Origin: Eledone cirrhosa
Lineage: Eukaryota
NCBI GenBank assembly: GCA_964016885.1
Contig: OZ024755.1
Span: 37,386,001-37,450,000, forward strand
DNA: 64,000 bases
Direction of reading: 5' to 3'
Shown here piece after piece: positions 26,187 to 40,745 of the stretch. Below the pieces are notes generated by a model, which was not told where the DNA came from, did not search any database, and worked only from the letters and a program-made list of their open reading frames with translations. A program made the position numbers and the translations under genes. Positions within the stretch are counted from its first letter, which is position 1. Every line of letters begins with the position of its first letter.

Positions 26187-26557
26187 CTCACGTATACATA
26201 CACGCACGTTCATACATATCCAAAATGTGAAAGTTGTTTGAGTAATAAGGTCTTATAGACAGATACAGAAATGTTCTTTAAATGACACCTGGTAGGTAGA
26301 AAGTGTTAGATTGTGGTAATCAACATACCTACATCTCGTGAGCACAAAATATGATTGGGAAACTCATAGCAATTATGGAAACTAAAAGAATTCATCAAAC
26401 AGTCTTTCTTCCCAACGTTGACTTAGAACACTTTAAATTTCAAGCAACACCACTTATAATGGATATACGCCCTAATATTGGCTACTGCTGTCTCCGCGCT
26501 ATATCATTCTCGACATAAGATATTGTAGCAAAATATGTACATGGTATTGATTGCTTA

Positions 26558-26710
26558 AAGCGACGAATTATCAGAGTCATTAGAACGTTTGTAGAATGCT
26601 TTGTGGTATTCATTCCGGCTCTGCGAGTTCAAATCCCACCGAGGTCACCTTTGCATAATATCCTTTTTAAGTCGATAAAAAAGTACCAGTCTAGTACTGG
26701 AGTCGATTCT
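26558..26710 (+). mobile_element. Diverged tRNA-derived SINE
   Basis: GAGTTCAAATCCCACCGAGGTC B-box; GTCGATAAAAAGTACCAG core. Confidence 0.65.
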
Positions 26711-27010
26711 TTTTCTATATCTCTTTTTCATGTCCTCTCTCTCAATCTTTCTCTGGAAGAACTCTGCTCTGTTGAGACCGGGAGAGGAATGGGCTTCGCC
26801 AGGCTTAAAATGCCCAGGAAACGCCGTATGCCCCTAACAACTCCGTCGGGAGTTATGGGACTATAGCATACCATACCATTGATTACTTAATCGTGTATCT
26901 AGACCAGTAAGTTGGCCTTGCAACAGTTTACAAACATACATCTCTAATTTCAATATTCAGAAAATATCGCAGAAGAAAATGAAATTTTAGTTTTATTTTA
27001 CTTTCAATAT

Positions 27011-27180
27011 AATTGTTTCTACTTTTGGCACAAGTGTATTACTGGTACTTTATTTTATCGACCCCGTAAGGATGAAAAGCAAAGTTAACCTCGCGGGATT
27101 TGAACTCAGATCATAAAGGCCCGTAACTATGCTGCAAAGCATGGCGTCCGACCCTCTAACGATACTGCCAATCTACCACC
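27011..27180 (-). mobile_element. Main-family SINE with 18-bp TSD
   Basis: TTTTACTTTCAATATAAT at 26996-27013 and 27181-27198. Confidence 0.9.
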
Positions 27181-28382
27181 TTTTACTTTCAATATAATAC
27201 CTTTAAACCATTTTATATAGCTTAATAATTTTAACAAATTGTAACATTTTAGGAAATTTTTTGGTGTTTCGGGTAATTTCTTTTCTTTAAATCAGTTCAA
27301 GAGGATGCAGAGTAGCCGAATAGTTTAAAAGATTCGCAAACATTAGGTCAAGAGCTATTTATTATAGTATCAGATCGATATTAGCCGCGTGAGTGAAACT
27401 GAATCGACGGAAGATGTTTGGAAGCCCGTCAGACGAGAAATACTTTAAGGGCAGTCGTGTGTGTGGAATACTCAGTAACATAAACTTTAATTTCATGAGC
27501 AAGTTGTTGAGGGAGATGCTGGAACAATCATCGTCGATGCCCGACGGGGGTCTATCTCTTTCTTCTTTTTTTCTTTTTCTTTTTCTTCGACGTCTTTTTT
27601 TTCTTTTTCTTTTTCTTCTTTTTCGCCGCCTTCGTCTTCTTTTGTTCGTCGTCGTCATCTTCTTCTTCTTCGTCATCTTCTTCTTCTTCGTCATCTTCTT
27701 CTTCTTCTCAAGCCAAATGATAAGGTAGTTTGCTATTTTTACTGTTAATTATATTTCTTTACAATAATAGGTATAAAGTGATAACAAGTTGGTTCGGCAA
27801 CTAGAATAACTTGGACTCGGTCGGATAAAACATTTTTTAAAACTATTCTGAAAGGAAGAAACTGAATTTTTATGATATTTTTGTATTTGTGTTTTGATCG
27901 AACAACATCTTAGAGCAAATTACCATGTTAAAAAAAATGAACAAAATAATATATCTGAAAAGATTTCAGCCAACACCTGAATATACAGGTATGTTATTAA
28001 GACTTCAAAAGTAAAGATAAATTCCTTTGCTGTGTATCAATCAACTTCACATATGCCCTTAAAAATATAAGATATGATGTCAAGGAAATAGTATATGTGT
28101 ATATCAATATTAGTCTATTGATTTTGATGGCATGTGGCTCAGTGGTTAGAGTGTTCGGCTCACTATCAGCCTGTCCCTCCTCGTAACGGTGGGATCCAGA
28201 TCCACTCTGTAAATGTGGTTGATGTTAGGAAGGGCATCCAACTGTAAAATCCCCGACCATATTTACAGTCCTCGTCGGAGCAAGGTACTGAGTGGCCAAC
28301 TCTGGCCAGGCTTGTCTTCCAGCATGGACGACCCGTCTAACCCAACCATGGAAAAATGGACGCTAAACGGTGATGATGTTGA

Positions 28383-28431
<49 letters not shown>

Positions 28432-28603
28432 GAGAGAGAAAGAGTGAGAGAGTGAGAGTGAGTGAGTGAGTGAGTGAGTGAGTGAGAAAGTGAGTGAGTG
28501 AGAGAGAGAGAAAGTGAGAGAGAGAAAGTGAGAGAGAGAGAGAGAGTGAGTGAGAGTGAGAGAGAATGAGAGAGAGAGAGAGAGTGAGAGAGAGAGAGAG
28601 TGA

Positions 28604-28636
<33 letters not shown>

Positions 28637-29564
28637 TGTGTGAGAGTGAGAGAGAGAGTGAGAGAAGAGAGAGGTTAATAGAATATATATATTGAAGAAG
28701 AAAATGTCGTATACGTTGCTGTCATGAATGATCTTGGAGAGAAACAATAGAATATAGAAGAGGAAATGGAAGAAGGGGTAATGTTCTCTCTATAATTATA
28801 TATTATATGTTTGTATCTATACACACTTTATTTCAGGTTTCCCAGTCAAGTAAAATGACAAAAATTAGTTAAACTTGTGATTCAAATTGCACTTTGTCAC
28901 TATATCATGATGAACCTCCCCAAGAATTGAGTTACGGGTACACGTGTCTATTGAATGATCTGCCACTTTCACGTTAATTTTATAAGGAAGCTGTTCCATT
29001 GACCAACAAACTAAAACTATCATCGTTGAAACCGTTGGAGGTCCATTCAATAAAATAAGCCAGAGCGGGATAAAAATGAAATCAAATTTTCAACATATTA
29101 TAACGTGCTTTCCCAGTGAGTCGAGGAAATCGCGAACTAGATTGAGGTTTACGCTATGACATGAGTGTGAGCAACTGTGAGTTGCATGCCTGAATGAGTC
29201 CAGGTGGGTTTGAGTCCCATGTGTCGATAGCTGTTCCCGTACTTCAACCAGGTGAAAGGTGATCTCACAACATCCTCACGCGAACCAAGTACATACATTA
29301 TGAATATGTGAAGAAGCAAACTCTTTGTGTATAAAAAGGACAGCCTATTTATCGAACGGTAATTATCTTTTGATCAAAGGTCGATGACCTCCCGCGCGTT
29401 TCTTTCATAGGAATTGCTATGTCAGTGAGAGGAGGAAACGCTGGAACATTTCTTTCGCTACACACACATTTAAGTTATCAATGTAGCCCCCAAAGAGTTG
29501 ACTTCATCGTTATTACGCAATGAAATAACTTTATTCTAAACATTAAACTGAATATAGAGTTTAA

Positions 29565-29771
29565 ACCTTTAGTGTTCAAACCGGCCAAAACCGGCCAGAA
29601 TTCTCTACCTCTTTCTGTTGAAACTGGCTGTAACTGGTCATTCAAACTGATGTTAAGGTATTGTTCTCAAAATAAATACTTTCAAAATCTCATAGTTTCG
29701 ATATTATGCGAGGTAAAGCCTTTACCATGAAAATATAATAGTATATATAGAGTAATGTAAATGCTAAAGGG
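29565..29771. mobile_element. piggyBac-like MITE
   Basis: TTAA on both sides; TIR ACCTTTAGTGTT / AATGCTAAAGGG. Confidence 0.65.
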
Positions 29772-30639
29772 TTAAATGTGTTAGTGGTGGTGATGATGAT
29801 GATGATGATAATGCTTGTAGTTGTAATATTATGGGTGTGTTGTCTTTGTCACTGTATTGATGATGGTGGTTGTAAAGAGGGACTGAGGGATTAACGATAA
29901 TAGATTAGATGATGACGGCAGATGAAAATGTCAATCTTTGTGATAAAAACATAACGTGCAAAATAACGGCCATGATGAATGCATTGGTGTTTCAGCTATC
30001 GTTTGTAATATTAATACTGATGGTATTTGTTTGTGGAAGTGATGGAAGAGGATCGTCATTGTGGTGGTTAGATTAGCGTGGTGAGTTGATAATGTAGATC
30101 CTATCATTGTTAGAGATTGGACAACGATGATTCGCTGGTGAAGGTGATAGTGATAGCAAACGTAACGCCAAGCTCTTACAAAAACAAAGATACCATAGAA
30201 AAAGTAACTAGGAAGTTAACACTTGTTTCTAAAACAATTCCATCAAGCTTAGCTCTCTGAAAAAAAAATGGAGTGATTTATTGTGTCTACGAAATTCAAT
30301 TCTTTTTATACCAATCTGGTAAATGTACTGGATGGAAGAAAAAGAAAAAGAAACTTAATAAAACTCCAGAAATTACAAACACATAAAATAGTTAATTTTA
30401 TTCGTTTCTTTATCTATATTTGCTTGTTTGTTTGTATATGTTTGCTTTTATTAGTTCATGTGTTTCTTTATTTTCTGTTAGTTTGTCCGATATTTGTATT
30501 TCATTATAATGTTATTGGAATCTTTCGAAATGATTTCCCAAGATGAAAGGAAAATTCAAGACAAAAAAACAAAAGCAAACAAAAAGAACGAATATCCAGA
30601 TTTTCTTTTAATTATTCTTTATATATTAATCTATGGTTT

Positions 30640-31251
30640 AATGTATATATACACATATACACATGCACACATATTTACGCATGTGTTGGTGTATATATAC
30701 ATATATATACATACGTATATATATATATATATATACATAAGTGCGTATATACATATATATGCATATACGTATATATACATACGTATATATATATATATAT
30801 ATATGTGCGTATATATATATATATGCATATACATATATATGCATATACATACGTATATATATATATACATATATATGCATATATATACATACGTATATAT
30901 ACAAATACATATATACATACACACATATATATATACAAATATATACATACACACATATATATATACATACACACATATATATATATATACAAATATATAC
31001 GTACACATATATATATATATATACATACACGTATATATATACATATACAGACAAATATATATATATATACACATATATAGATATATATACATACACATAT
31101 ATATATACATACACATATATAGATATATATACATACACATATATATATATACACATATATAGATATATATACATACACATATATAAATATACATACACAT
31201 ATATAGATATATATACATACACATATATAGATATATATACATACACATATA

Positions 31252-31305
<54 letters not shown>

Positions 31306-31310
31306 TAGAT

Positions 31311-31344
<34 letters not shown>

Positions 31345-31478
31345 ATAGATACATATACATACACATATATATATATACATACACATATATAGATATATAT
31401 ACATACACATATATATATATATACATACATACACACACATATATATACATACACACACACATATATATATACATACTT
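30640..31478. repeat. Compound TA/CA/ATAG microsatellite
   Basis: Direct inspection. Confidence 0.95.
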
Positions 31479-32117
31479 GTATAAACACGGAAATACAAAG
31501 TTTAGATAATAAAGTCCTTTATTGACAGAGCCATGATACTGTGATACATATTTCTAAGACAACAGTGGTTTCCCAATTCAGCGTAGAATCCTCAGCCTTG
31601 ATCTCCTCAGACATCATCTTACATAATAAAGTTACAGTCAAGGAGGTAATCCAAAATTGAAGTGTCAAAGGGAACGGACAGACAGCGATGTTTATGAATC
31701 GAATGCCCGTTCCTACGTGAGCTTCAATTTATGCCAACAGGTCTGCGCATGCGTAAAAGTAGGATATATATATACCTGATTCCTATTGTAAACCATAGCA
31801 AATTATCTTAGGGATGAACATCCCCCCTCCCTCGTTTAAGGTCAGTCAGCCAGCCCCAAATCCGGCCGATATTTTGCTAGCCGAAGACCAAAATGCTGTG
31901 GTAAAGAGATATAAGTTTTAGTGGTTTTTAAACGACCCACATATCGGCCTAATTTTGGGTCAAGATATGGTTTCCTAATGGAAGTTAAAATTAGTAAATA
32001 GGCGAAATTAAAAGTTTTGAATTGGAGTAAATTAAAGAATATAACCTAAGGTATAGAATAAGATAACTTAGATGAAAACTAGTAAATATCATACTCCATC
32101 GGATGAATTAACACACA

Positions 32118-32553
32118 CTAGCAGAATCGCCCGGCGTTGCTCGGGATTCTAAACATTGATTGGCATGTTTATCCCTCCTTTCTGAAACAGTTTCGTCGTA
32201 TGTTCACCAATTGATGCAGAAGTCCTAATAAAAAGTGAAGTCGCCTTGGGTGAATAGGCAAATAATTTTCCATTAAGACTTTTCAAAAGCATGTAATTGC
32301 GTTCCCTCTCTTTTTTGTTTTTGTTTTTGCTGCTGTTGGTGTGATAGCAGCCATTGGTCTTACTACTAACACAGTCTCGTCCTTCTTGAGCCAATCGTTT
32401 ATATCCCCTTCTGCCTCGTCAGTAATGAGAAGAATATTTGCTCTAGGGTTCTTATATATTAGATATATATTTATCCTTATCGAGCCTCGTGAAATAAATA
32501 CGTTTGTTTATATTTTGTTATTGAGTATGCAAAAATATCTGTACACGAATATA

Positions 32554-32618
<65 letters not shown>

Positions 32619-32747
32619 CAGATTAAAGTTTAATCGAAGAATCGCTGCTTTCACCCTTAATGGGATCTTCTGAAACTAAAAGAATCAATCTGTGAACGCA
32701 GAAGTAAATATTTCGAAAAACATTACACACTATATATATATATACAC

Positions 32748-32779
<32 letters not shown>

Positions 32780-33023
32780 CACACACACATATAATGTCAT
32801 AATGTCGTAATGCAGACATCAGACATACAGACATATTATAAGGGCACGACGTTACCGGCGCCTAATGCGGTCCCTAGGACATTGAAAATTTGAAATATTC
32901 TTTGCTCAAAACATTCGCAGGACCATAAGTATTACATGTGTAAAGATTGAAAAAAATTGGTTGGGTGTTTCTCGAGCTTTAGGGAGTCAGACAGACAGAC
33001 AGTCTCTGTTTTAGATATATAGA
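32118..33023 (-). mobile_element. Non-autonomous Helitron containing a nested PLE-type insertion
   Basis: Minus strand A|TCTATATATCTAAAAC ... CCCGAGCAACGCCGGG..CTGCTAG|T. Confidence 0.8.
32625..32677 (-). ncRNA. Hammerhead variant with CAGAAGA core (second copy)
   Basis: AGTTT-CAGAAGA-tCCC attaa GGGt-GAAA-GCAGCGATTCTTCGA-TT-AAACT. Confidence 0.5.
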
Positions 33024-33208
33024 TAATTGTTTCTACTTTTGGCACAAGGCCAGCAATTACCCAGTGTATTACTGGTACTTTATTTTATCGACCCCGTAAG
33101 GATGAAATACAAAGTTAACCTCGGAAGGATTTGAACTCAGAGGGGAAAGGGCCGTAACTCTTTGCGTCAAAGTATGGCGTCCGACCCTCTACCGATACTG
33201 CCAATCCA
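33024..33208 (-). mobile_element. Main-family SINE
   Basis: Consensus match. Confidence 0.88.
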
Positions 33209-33426
33209 GAGTGAGAGATAATATAATCGGTAGAGAACATGGTAAGTATACATACATAAACACACACACACACATATATATATACAAATATATACACACA
33301 CATGCGCGTACATACATACATACATACATACATACATACATACATACATACATACATACATACATACATACATACATACACATCCATATACCTAGCCGAG
33401 TATATTAAGATAGAAATAGGATGTGA

Positions 33427-33638
33427 AGGCGCGTGGCTAAGTGGTTAGAGAATTGGATTCGCAATCGTGAAGTTGTGAGCTCGACTCCTAGACCAGGCGA
33501 TGTGTTATGTCCTTGAGCAAGACACTTTATTTCACGTTGCTCCTTTTACCTGGAGTTGCGACCGATAGAGAGTATTAGCAATTGGAAAGACCAATGGAAA
33601 CATTGTTTCCTCGGTCCGATTTGACGAAAGTCGATTGA
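33427..33638 (+). mobile_element. Second SINE family, tRNA head plus CORE/Meta-like motif
   Basis: TGGCTAAGTGG A-box; AGCTCGACTCC B-box; TGTCCTTGAGCAAGACACTT. Confidence 0.8.
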
Positions 33639-34552
33639 CAAATTTTAAATTTTTATAGGGTAGAATTGGTAAATATATTAACACTACATTCTTGATTTAT
33701 TTACATTAAATAGGTTTAGCACTAGGCTTAATTCACTTAGACAATATAATTGACCATCCTTAGGTTTAATACTAGGTCTAATTCACTTAGACAATAGAAT
33801 TGACCATCCCCCGCAAATAGAATTATATCAAGGTCTAGATATTATGTTTCCGTAATGGAAATTATATTTAGCAATACGAATGAAAAGTAGAAATTGAAAC
33901 CGTTTTAAGTAAATAAGGAATATATCCTAAAATGTGGAGTGTGAAAATTTAAAGAACCTATGAGTTAATATCATTCTCCATGACATGAAATTAGCAAAGA
34001 AAAGTATGAAAAAAATGATAAAACAATGAAAATAACATAGTGATAGAAGAAAAAAAATATGGAAAGCTAGGCTTTAAAGAGGCTGTTTGCATAATTGCAA
34101 ACGAATTGAATATTATTATTAATATTCGAAAAACTCGATTGCATTTATTGTAATCAGCCATGTAGAGCGATAACATATTTGTTAGTTATTTGAATATGGC
34201 AAAGCCGGCCATTAATCGCTCGTATAGATGAGACTGACTGGCCTATCAGCTGATATGCAATGCTGGCTGATCAGTGGGTCTGCTAATATGCAGATCTGAC
34301 TGATCAGGCAGTCTGTTAATATGCAAATCAGGCTGATCAGTCGCTGTATATTTTAGAAAATATCATATATTTTCACTAGCTTTGACAGTTGGCAGGTTAA
34401 CAGTAAACTGTACTGATGAAGGGTATTCACCTAGAAACTGCAGTTCTGTTTACATGCCAACACAAGAGCAAGAATGAGGAGCTCATTCTACTGACATGGC
34501 TCTAAAGAGGATGTTTGCATAATTGCAGACGAATTAAATATTATTATTAATA

Positions 34553-34655
34553 GAGGTTGACTTTGCCTTTCATCCTTACGGGGTCGATAAAATAAAGTAC
34601 CAGTAATGCACTGGGTAATTGCTGGCATTGTGCCTAAAGTAGAAACAATTATTAA
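34553..34655 (+). mobile_element. 5'-truncated main-family SINE
   Basis: Core and tail; TTATTAATA duplication. Confidence 0.85.
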
Positions 34656-34884
34656 TATTCGAAAAACCTGAGATTACATTTATTATATATAATTATGTAT
34701 ATATATATATAATTAGATAGCTCTGTTTTATACACAGAGCACACTTTTTCCTTTGCTTTTTCTTCTGAAATACTTTACATATATATAAGAGTGTTATATA
34801 TATAAGTTTGCTTGAAGCATTGCGGAATATGGAAAATAGTCGTTTTGAACGCATCAACAATGCAGATGGATAAATCTCTGGGTA

Positions 34885-35074
34885 ATAACTGTTTCTACTT
34901 TAGACACAAGGCCAGCAATTACCCAGTGCATTACTGGTACTTTATTTTATCGACCCCGTAAGGATGAAAGGCAAAGTCAACCTCGGCGGGATTTGAACTC
35001 AGATCGTAAAGGGACGTAACTATGCTGGAGAGCATGGCGTCCGACCCTCTACCGATACTGCCAATCCACCGCCC
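34885..35074 (-). mobile_element. Main-family SINE
   Basis: Consensus match; TCTGGGTAA flanking repeat. Confidence 0.92.
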
Positions 35075-36172
35075 TTCTGGGTAAAACAAATCTCTGGGTA
35101 ATAACATCAGGTGGTAGTGAGATGAGAGAGAGGGAATTAGGAGGAACTGTAGAAAGAGACGCAGAGAGCGTAAAAGAACGTAGGAAAAGTGTAAAAAATA
35201 ATAACATGAGATAGAGTTAGTTACCTTGGAAGTGATTTATTAATCCCTATATTTCGGATTTCACATTCATCGACAGGGTGATATATGAAGGTGCGTGGCT
35301 TCGTGTTTAGAGAAATAGGGAGAGACATAGAGGAAGAATTGATCCCTGCACCCCACAACCAGACACGTACTTTATCGACTATTAAAAGAAAAAGTTGACT
35401 TCCCTCTGTTTCAAAATGAAGCAAGATAGATTGTTTAGCACTGAACTACTTCTGCAGTTAGACGGCATATTAAGGGAAATAGTCGAGAAAATAATATAAT
35501 ACATACAAACTATTAATATTGCTTTCAATATTGTTTTATCCTAAACTTAATGACGAATGAGTGACGTATTCATGTAACAATTTAATAATATATTTTCTGA
35601 AAATAAGAATGGTAAATAAAAACAAAAACATAAAAATATAATATAAATTTCCATATCTCATACGAGTAATTATGAGATGGTTGAAAACGTGCACTAACTC
35701 AACTTTGAACCAATCTGAAAGCAGAGATTTAAAAATACAAACAAACAACATCACTAAACAATACAATACGTTAACAAAACAAAATAATACAGAAGTGTGG
35801 AGAGAATAAAACATTGATTGGATACGAAGTTGTATTGGGTTTTATGACGAGGGAGATAAACATTGAACTGATCTGACGTTTTAAATAAATCATTTCTCTC
35901 TCCCTCACACACATTCTCACACAGAAACATAAATACACACACACAGAAACATAAATACACACACACAGAAACATTAATACACACACACAAAATTTAACAT
36001 GTATTGTGTTGTGGCGAATTCCAATTGTTATATTAATCAATAAAGGGAATTGATCGTGTTCCGTTAATTATACACTCCATTATACTTTAATAAACAAGTG
36101 TGGATGAATGTAAGCTTTCTCTGTGCTAGGACTCTTCTATACTATTATTTCCTTGTTGTTATTGTTGTCGTA

Positions 36173-36410
36173 AGGGGCGGTGGACAGACAGAGTCGTTAC
36201 AGAGTCGGACAAAAGGATTTACAGTATTTATTCTACTTCCTTACGTACTAAGTTCAAATCACAACCATGTCAACGTTGTATTTCATCTTTCTGTGATCGA
36301 GAAAATAAAGTACCAGTAAAGTGTTGGGGTCGATATAATAAAGTACAAATCAAATGCTGTTATCGATTCAATCGACCAAAATTGCTGACCTTGTGCCTGA
36401 ATTAGAAACC
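36173..36410 (+). mobile_element. Diverged tRNA-derived SINE
   Basis: GGGGCGGTGG head, AAGTTCAAATC, core, CCTTGTGCC..TTAGAAAC tail. Confidence 0.65.
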
Positions 36411-36432
36411 ATTGCAATTTTTGTTTTTCTTG

Positions 36433-36975
36433 ATGCTAAACTCCGCCAGTTGCAGACTGCGCATCAACATGTGATGTCTCTCTCCACAAAGTTCGATCAC
36501 CAACAGCAGAGTTTAAAGGGAAAAGATCAAGTCCAGTCCATAGGATGACATTCAGTTGGTTTATCAAGGGCGACATTTTCTAAACATTAACAACATCTTG
36601 TGTGCTTCAGAACAACGGGGTAAAAACTTAATCATTCTTATCAGGGGACCCGAATCACCAACCAGGTTTCAAACCGTCAATTACAACAATCAATGTCTTT
36701 GGGAAAATCTTAGACGTCTACACAACTACTACTACTACTACCACTATTACGTTGGCGCTAAACTCCACCAGTTGCAGACTGCGCATCAATATGAGATATT
36801 TCTCTCCACAAAGTTTGATCACCAACAGCAGAGTTCAAAGAGCAAAGATCAAGTCCAGTCCATAAGTTGACATTGTCAAGCCATCGTTTTGGCAGCCGGC
36901 CTCTGCTTCTCTTACCAGCCAACCTTCCTTCTAGGCATAACCTACTCACACCATGAGTTAATCTTTTTATATGAT
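36433..36975 (-). mobile_element. Two RTE 3'-end fragments (36433-36550, 36755-36975)
   Basis: GVSRLCLEGRLAGKRSRGRLPKRWLDNV; same family as 16245-16752. Confidence 0.82.
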
Positions 36976-37022
36976 GTAATTGGTCTAAGTCTGGTACAAC
37001 ATTATTATTATCGTTATTAATA

Positions 37023-37214
37023 GGGCGGTGGATTGACAGTATCGGTAGAGGGTCGGACGCCATGCTTTCCAGCATAGTTACGTCCCTTTACGATCTGAGT
37101 TCAAATCCCGCCGACGTTGACTTTGTCTTTCATCCTTATGGGGTCGATAAAATAAAGTACCAGTAATGCACTGGGTAATTGCAGGCCTTGTGCCTAAAGT
37201 AGAAACAATTATTA
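37023..37214 (+). mobile_element. Main-family SINE with TSD
   Basis: Full length; ATTATTATCGTTATT on both sides. Confidence 0.92.
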
Positions 37215-38024
37215 TCGTTATTTTAATTACTGTTTTGAAGATATTTATTCGTGTGCTTGTAAATGCATTCGTGAGTTTTATATCGACAATTGTTTCAGGG
37301 TTATTACTCCTTGTCAAGATTGTGTACGAATGCATTTACGTATCCGCTATGTTAGAGCGAAAATAAATTATGTTTTTAATTTTCGGCAAAGCCCGACGTA
37401 AATATTAGCATATTTAGGAATCTTGAGCAACTCTCTAATATGTATATATTAGAAGGTTACACAAGAAAAGAAACTCATGAGACGAATGAACAAGAGTATC
37501 AACTCTCTCGTCAACCACCCTAGACAATGCAATTTCGTGCATCTGTGGTATTGCATAACATTGACCCAGGTTGCACGACGGCTTAGAACGAGTCAGCAGA
37601 AAAATACATATGAGATAATTCAACATAGAGAAAGAGGAAACAGTAAAGGTTACGGTGCTGACAAGTTGTGCAAACAGTAACGCTAAAATTAGAGAAATAT
37701 AAATACAGATACGTAAAATAAGGGGAGAAAAAGTATGTATGACAGAGAGTTGTGGCGGTGTTAATCAAAGAAGGGGAGCCTATTGTTACAGTAGTAATAG
37801 ATTGGTAAGTTTCAAACAAATAAAACGAAACACGCGGAAGGAATGAACAAACCATCAACTTCTTCCAACCACTAGCAAGATCATCAGACAGAAGTCTTGT
37901 CTAATTTGCAGGTGAAATTTCAAAGGAACAAAGCTCACTACTTCGCCATATTAAAGGAATATTTAAACTCCGCTTTGACAATGAGTACTTTTTCTCACGT
38001 CTGTCAATAATACACGGTTTTATA

Positions 38025-38098
<74 letters not shown>

Positions 38099-38115
38099 TG
38101 TGTGTATATATATAT

Positions 38116-38285
38116 AAGAAAGTGTGGTAAGGAACCAGATGGACCATAATGCACCAGAGTACTCGATACTTAGGGTAGTAGAGTGGGTAATAGGAAAAGG
38201 GCTGAGCTCCGGCCGTTTCGACAGCTAGATCCGAATCGGATCTAGCTGTCAAAACGCCCGTCAGGGTCCTAAGTTTTTTCCTATA
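38116..38285 (-). mobile_element. PLE-type repeat (family of 17692) with perfect helix II hairpin
   Basis: GACAGCTAGATCCGA-A-TCGGATCTAGCTGTC next to GAAACGGC. Confidence 0.7.
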
Positions 38286-38580
38286 TATATATATATAGAT
38301 ATATATATGAAAAAGTTTGTCCTCACCAGTGGCCTTCCAACCGTCGTAGGCATTTCGTCGCATTAAAGGCCATATACCTCAGGTTGGTGCGAGCAACGGG
38401 TAAAAAAAGTCCTTGGGACACGTAAATAAGGGGGACGCTAGGGTAAACAAACAAAATGGTTTAAGCAACGGAAAGTGATGATGAAGAAACAAGTCCCAGA
38501 TTTCTATGAATATAAATTCGGTGGAATCGCGAACGAGAGAATAAAGACCATCAAACCTGGTTGAAATGTGAGCAAGGAAG

Positions 38581-38656
<76 letters not shown>

Positions 38657-39040
38657 ATGAAGGCAAATATAACGCGTAGGTAACTGTGGGGGTGATTAGA
38701 AGTTAGAATGTAGAGTTATTGCGGTGTCATTAGGGCGTATTTCACCACCAGTACACCCTGCTGCCTGTACAAAGGATTTACAGAATGTGTGAAAAGAATT
38801 TCTCCAAAAGTTTTGTTCCTTTAACAAGTTTAAAACCCATCACGAAACGCCGTGCCAGCACAAGTTGAATAAATAAGGCCAGGGAGAATGAATTAAGCAT
38901 ATAAGATCGATGAGATTCTATTCTATAACAAATTGAATTCTTCCAGCTTTGGCCAATTTAAGTAAATGCACATTCACTAACGGTTTCAAAATGACAGGAA
39001 ACTCGTAGTTAACATGCACATCTCAACCGGTCATGCAGAC

Positions 39041-39044
<4 letters not shown>

Positions 39045-39124
<80 letters not shown>

Positions 39125-39197
39125 CACATGTATATACATATATATATATATATACACATACGTATAAACATACACATATTTATATATATACACACAC

Positions 39198-39242
<45 letters not shown>

Positions 39243-40340
39243 TGTATATATATATATATATGCATGTATATATATATATACATGTATATACATACACATA
39301 CGTATATACATACACACACACACGCATATATATATATATATATATACATATATATACATACACATACGTATATACATACACATATGTATATATATATACA
39401 CACACACATATACATACACACACATACGCATATACATACACACACACATGCATATATATATATATATATACATGTATATATATACATGTATATATATACA
39501 CACACATATGTATATATATATACACACACACACATATATACATACACACACACACGCATATATATATATATATATACACATACGTATATACATACACATA
39601 TATATATACACACACACATATATACATACATACACACATATACATACACACACACACACACAGATATATATATATACATATGTATATAAAGATAACTATG
39701 TATAGATATAAATATAAATGTATATGTCTGTACATGCACTCCTACATACAAACACTCACATACACATGTGTGTGTAGGGGGGGGGGGGTATGGATAGATA
39801 GATGTACATACGGATGTATATAAGTACTTTCTCTGTGTGCTTATTCCTGTATACGCATGCGCACACTGGCAAATTAAATAATGTATTGAATAAGATGTGT
39901 GTGTGTGTTTGTGTGTGTGTCTCTGTGTAAGTATGTGTGTGTGAATGTGCATCTGTGTGAGTGTGTCTGTGTGTGTCTCTGTAAGTATGTGTGTGTGAAT
40001 GTGTATCTGTGTGAGTGTGTCTGTGTGTGTGTGTGTGTGTGTGTCTGCCTGTCTGTATGTGTGTGTCTGTATGTGTATGTATGTGTGTGTGTCTGTGTGT
40101 GTATGTGTGTCTGTGTGTGTGTGTCTGTCTGTCTGTGTGTCTGTCTGTCTGTGTGCCTGTGTGTCTGTATCTGTGTGTGTGTGTCTGTCTGTCTGTGTGT
40201 CTGTCTGTCTGTGTGTCTGCCTGTCTGTCTGTGTGTGTGTGTATATCTGTGTGTGTGTGTCTGTCTGCCTGTCTGTCTGTATGTATATGTGCGTGTGTGT
40301 GTATGTGTGTGTGTGTGTGTGAGACAGAGAGAGAGAGAGT
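39045..40340. repeat. Compound TA/CA, then GT/GTCT microsatellites
   Basis: Direct inspection. Confidence 0.95.
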
Positions 40341-40454
40341 TGGAGGGACAATGAAGAGGCGTTTTATTCTTGAATGATATATAAAGCCGGAACTGGACCT
40401 CCGTCGATTTCAATGATGAGTTTTTGAGCCAACGGAGCAGCGTTCTGAAGAAAT

Positions 40455-40745
40455 GAACGTGTAATTGGCATCCCAGAACCACGTCAGCCCTTAACATCAT
40501 TCTCAAAGAGGTTCGGTGTGTTGAATTGGTGGTGTAGTCCGTCCAAAAGGTCTCCAAATAGGTTCCGTCTATCCAATTTCATCCTCCGGGGAAACATCTT
40601 CTCCCTTCTGTCCGCCGGGGCTGTGAGGAGGCCAGCACGTAGGACTCCATTTGTTCACCATACAGGGAGATGGGGAGAGCGAGAGAGATGGAGGCAATGT
40701 CAGTGGGAGTTCGGTTCTTCTACGTTCGGACCATATCCTTGTGGT
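40455..40745 (+). mobile_element. CRE-like 3' end, diverged
   Basis: ILRGNIFSLLSAGAV plus shared 3' UTR CAGTGGGAGTTCGG..TTCGGACCATATCCTTGTGGTT. Confidence 0.6.

Noticed and set aside
27362-27728. Lys/Arg-rich or Phe-rich ORFs
   Set aside because: Arise from a TTC/TTTTTC simple repeat
29130-29230. tRNA-like T arm GTGGGTTTGAGTCCCAT
   Set aside because: No pairable D or acceptor arms
31535-31615. Minus-strand hammerhead (two CTGAGGA plus GAAATATGTA)
   Set aside because: Could not pair helices I and II consistently; at best a decayed copy
38330-38392. Minus-strand hammerhead-like CCAAC-CTGAGGT...GAAA...GGTTGG
   Set aside because: Core and helices II and III too degenerate to call
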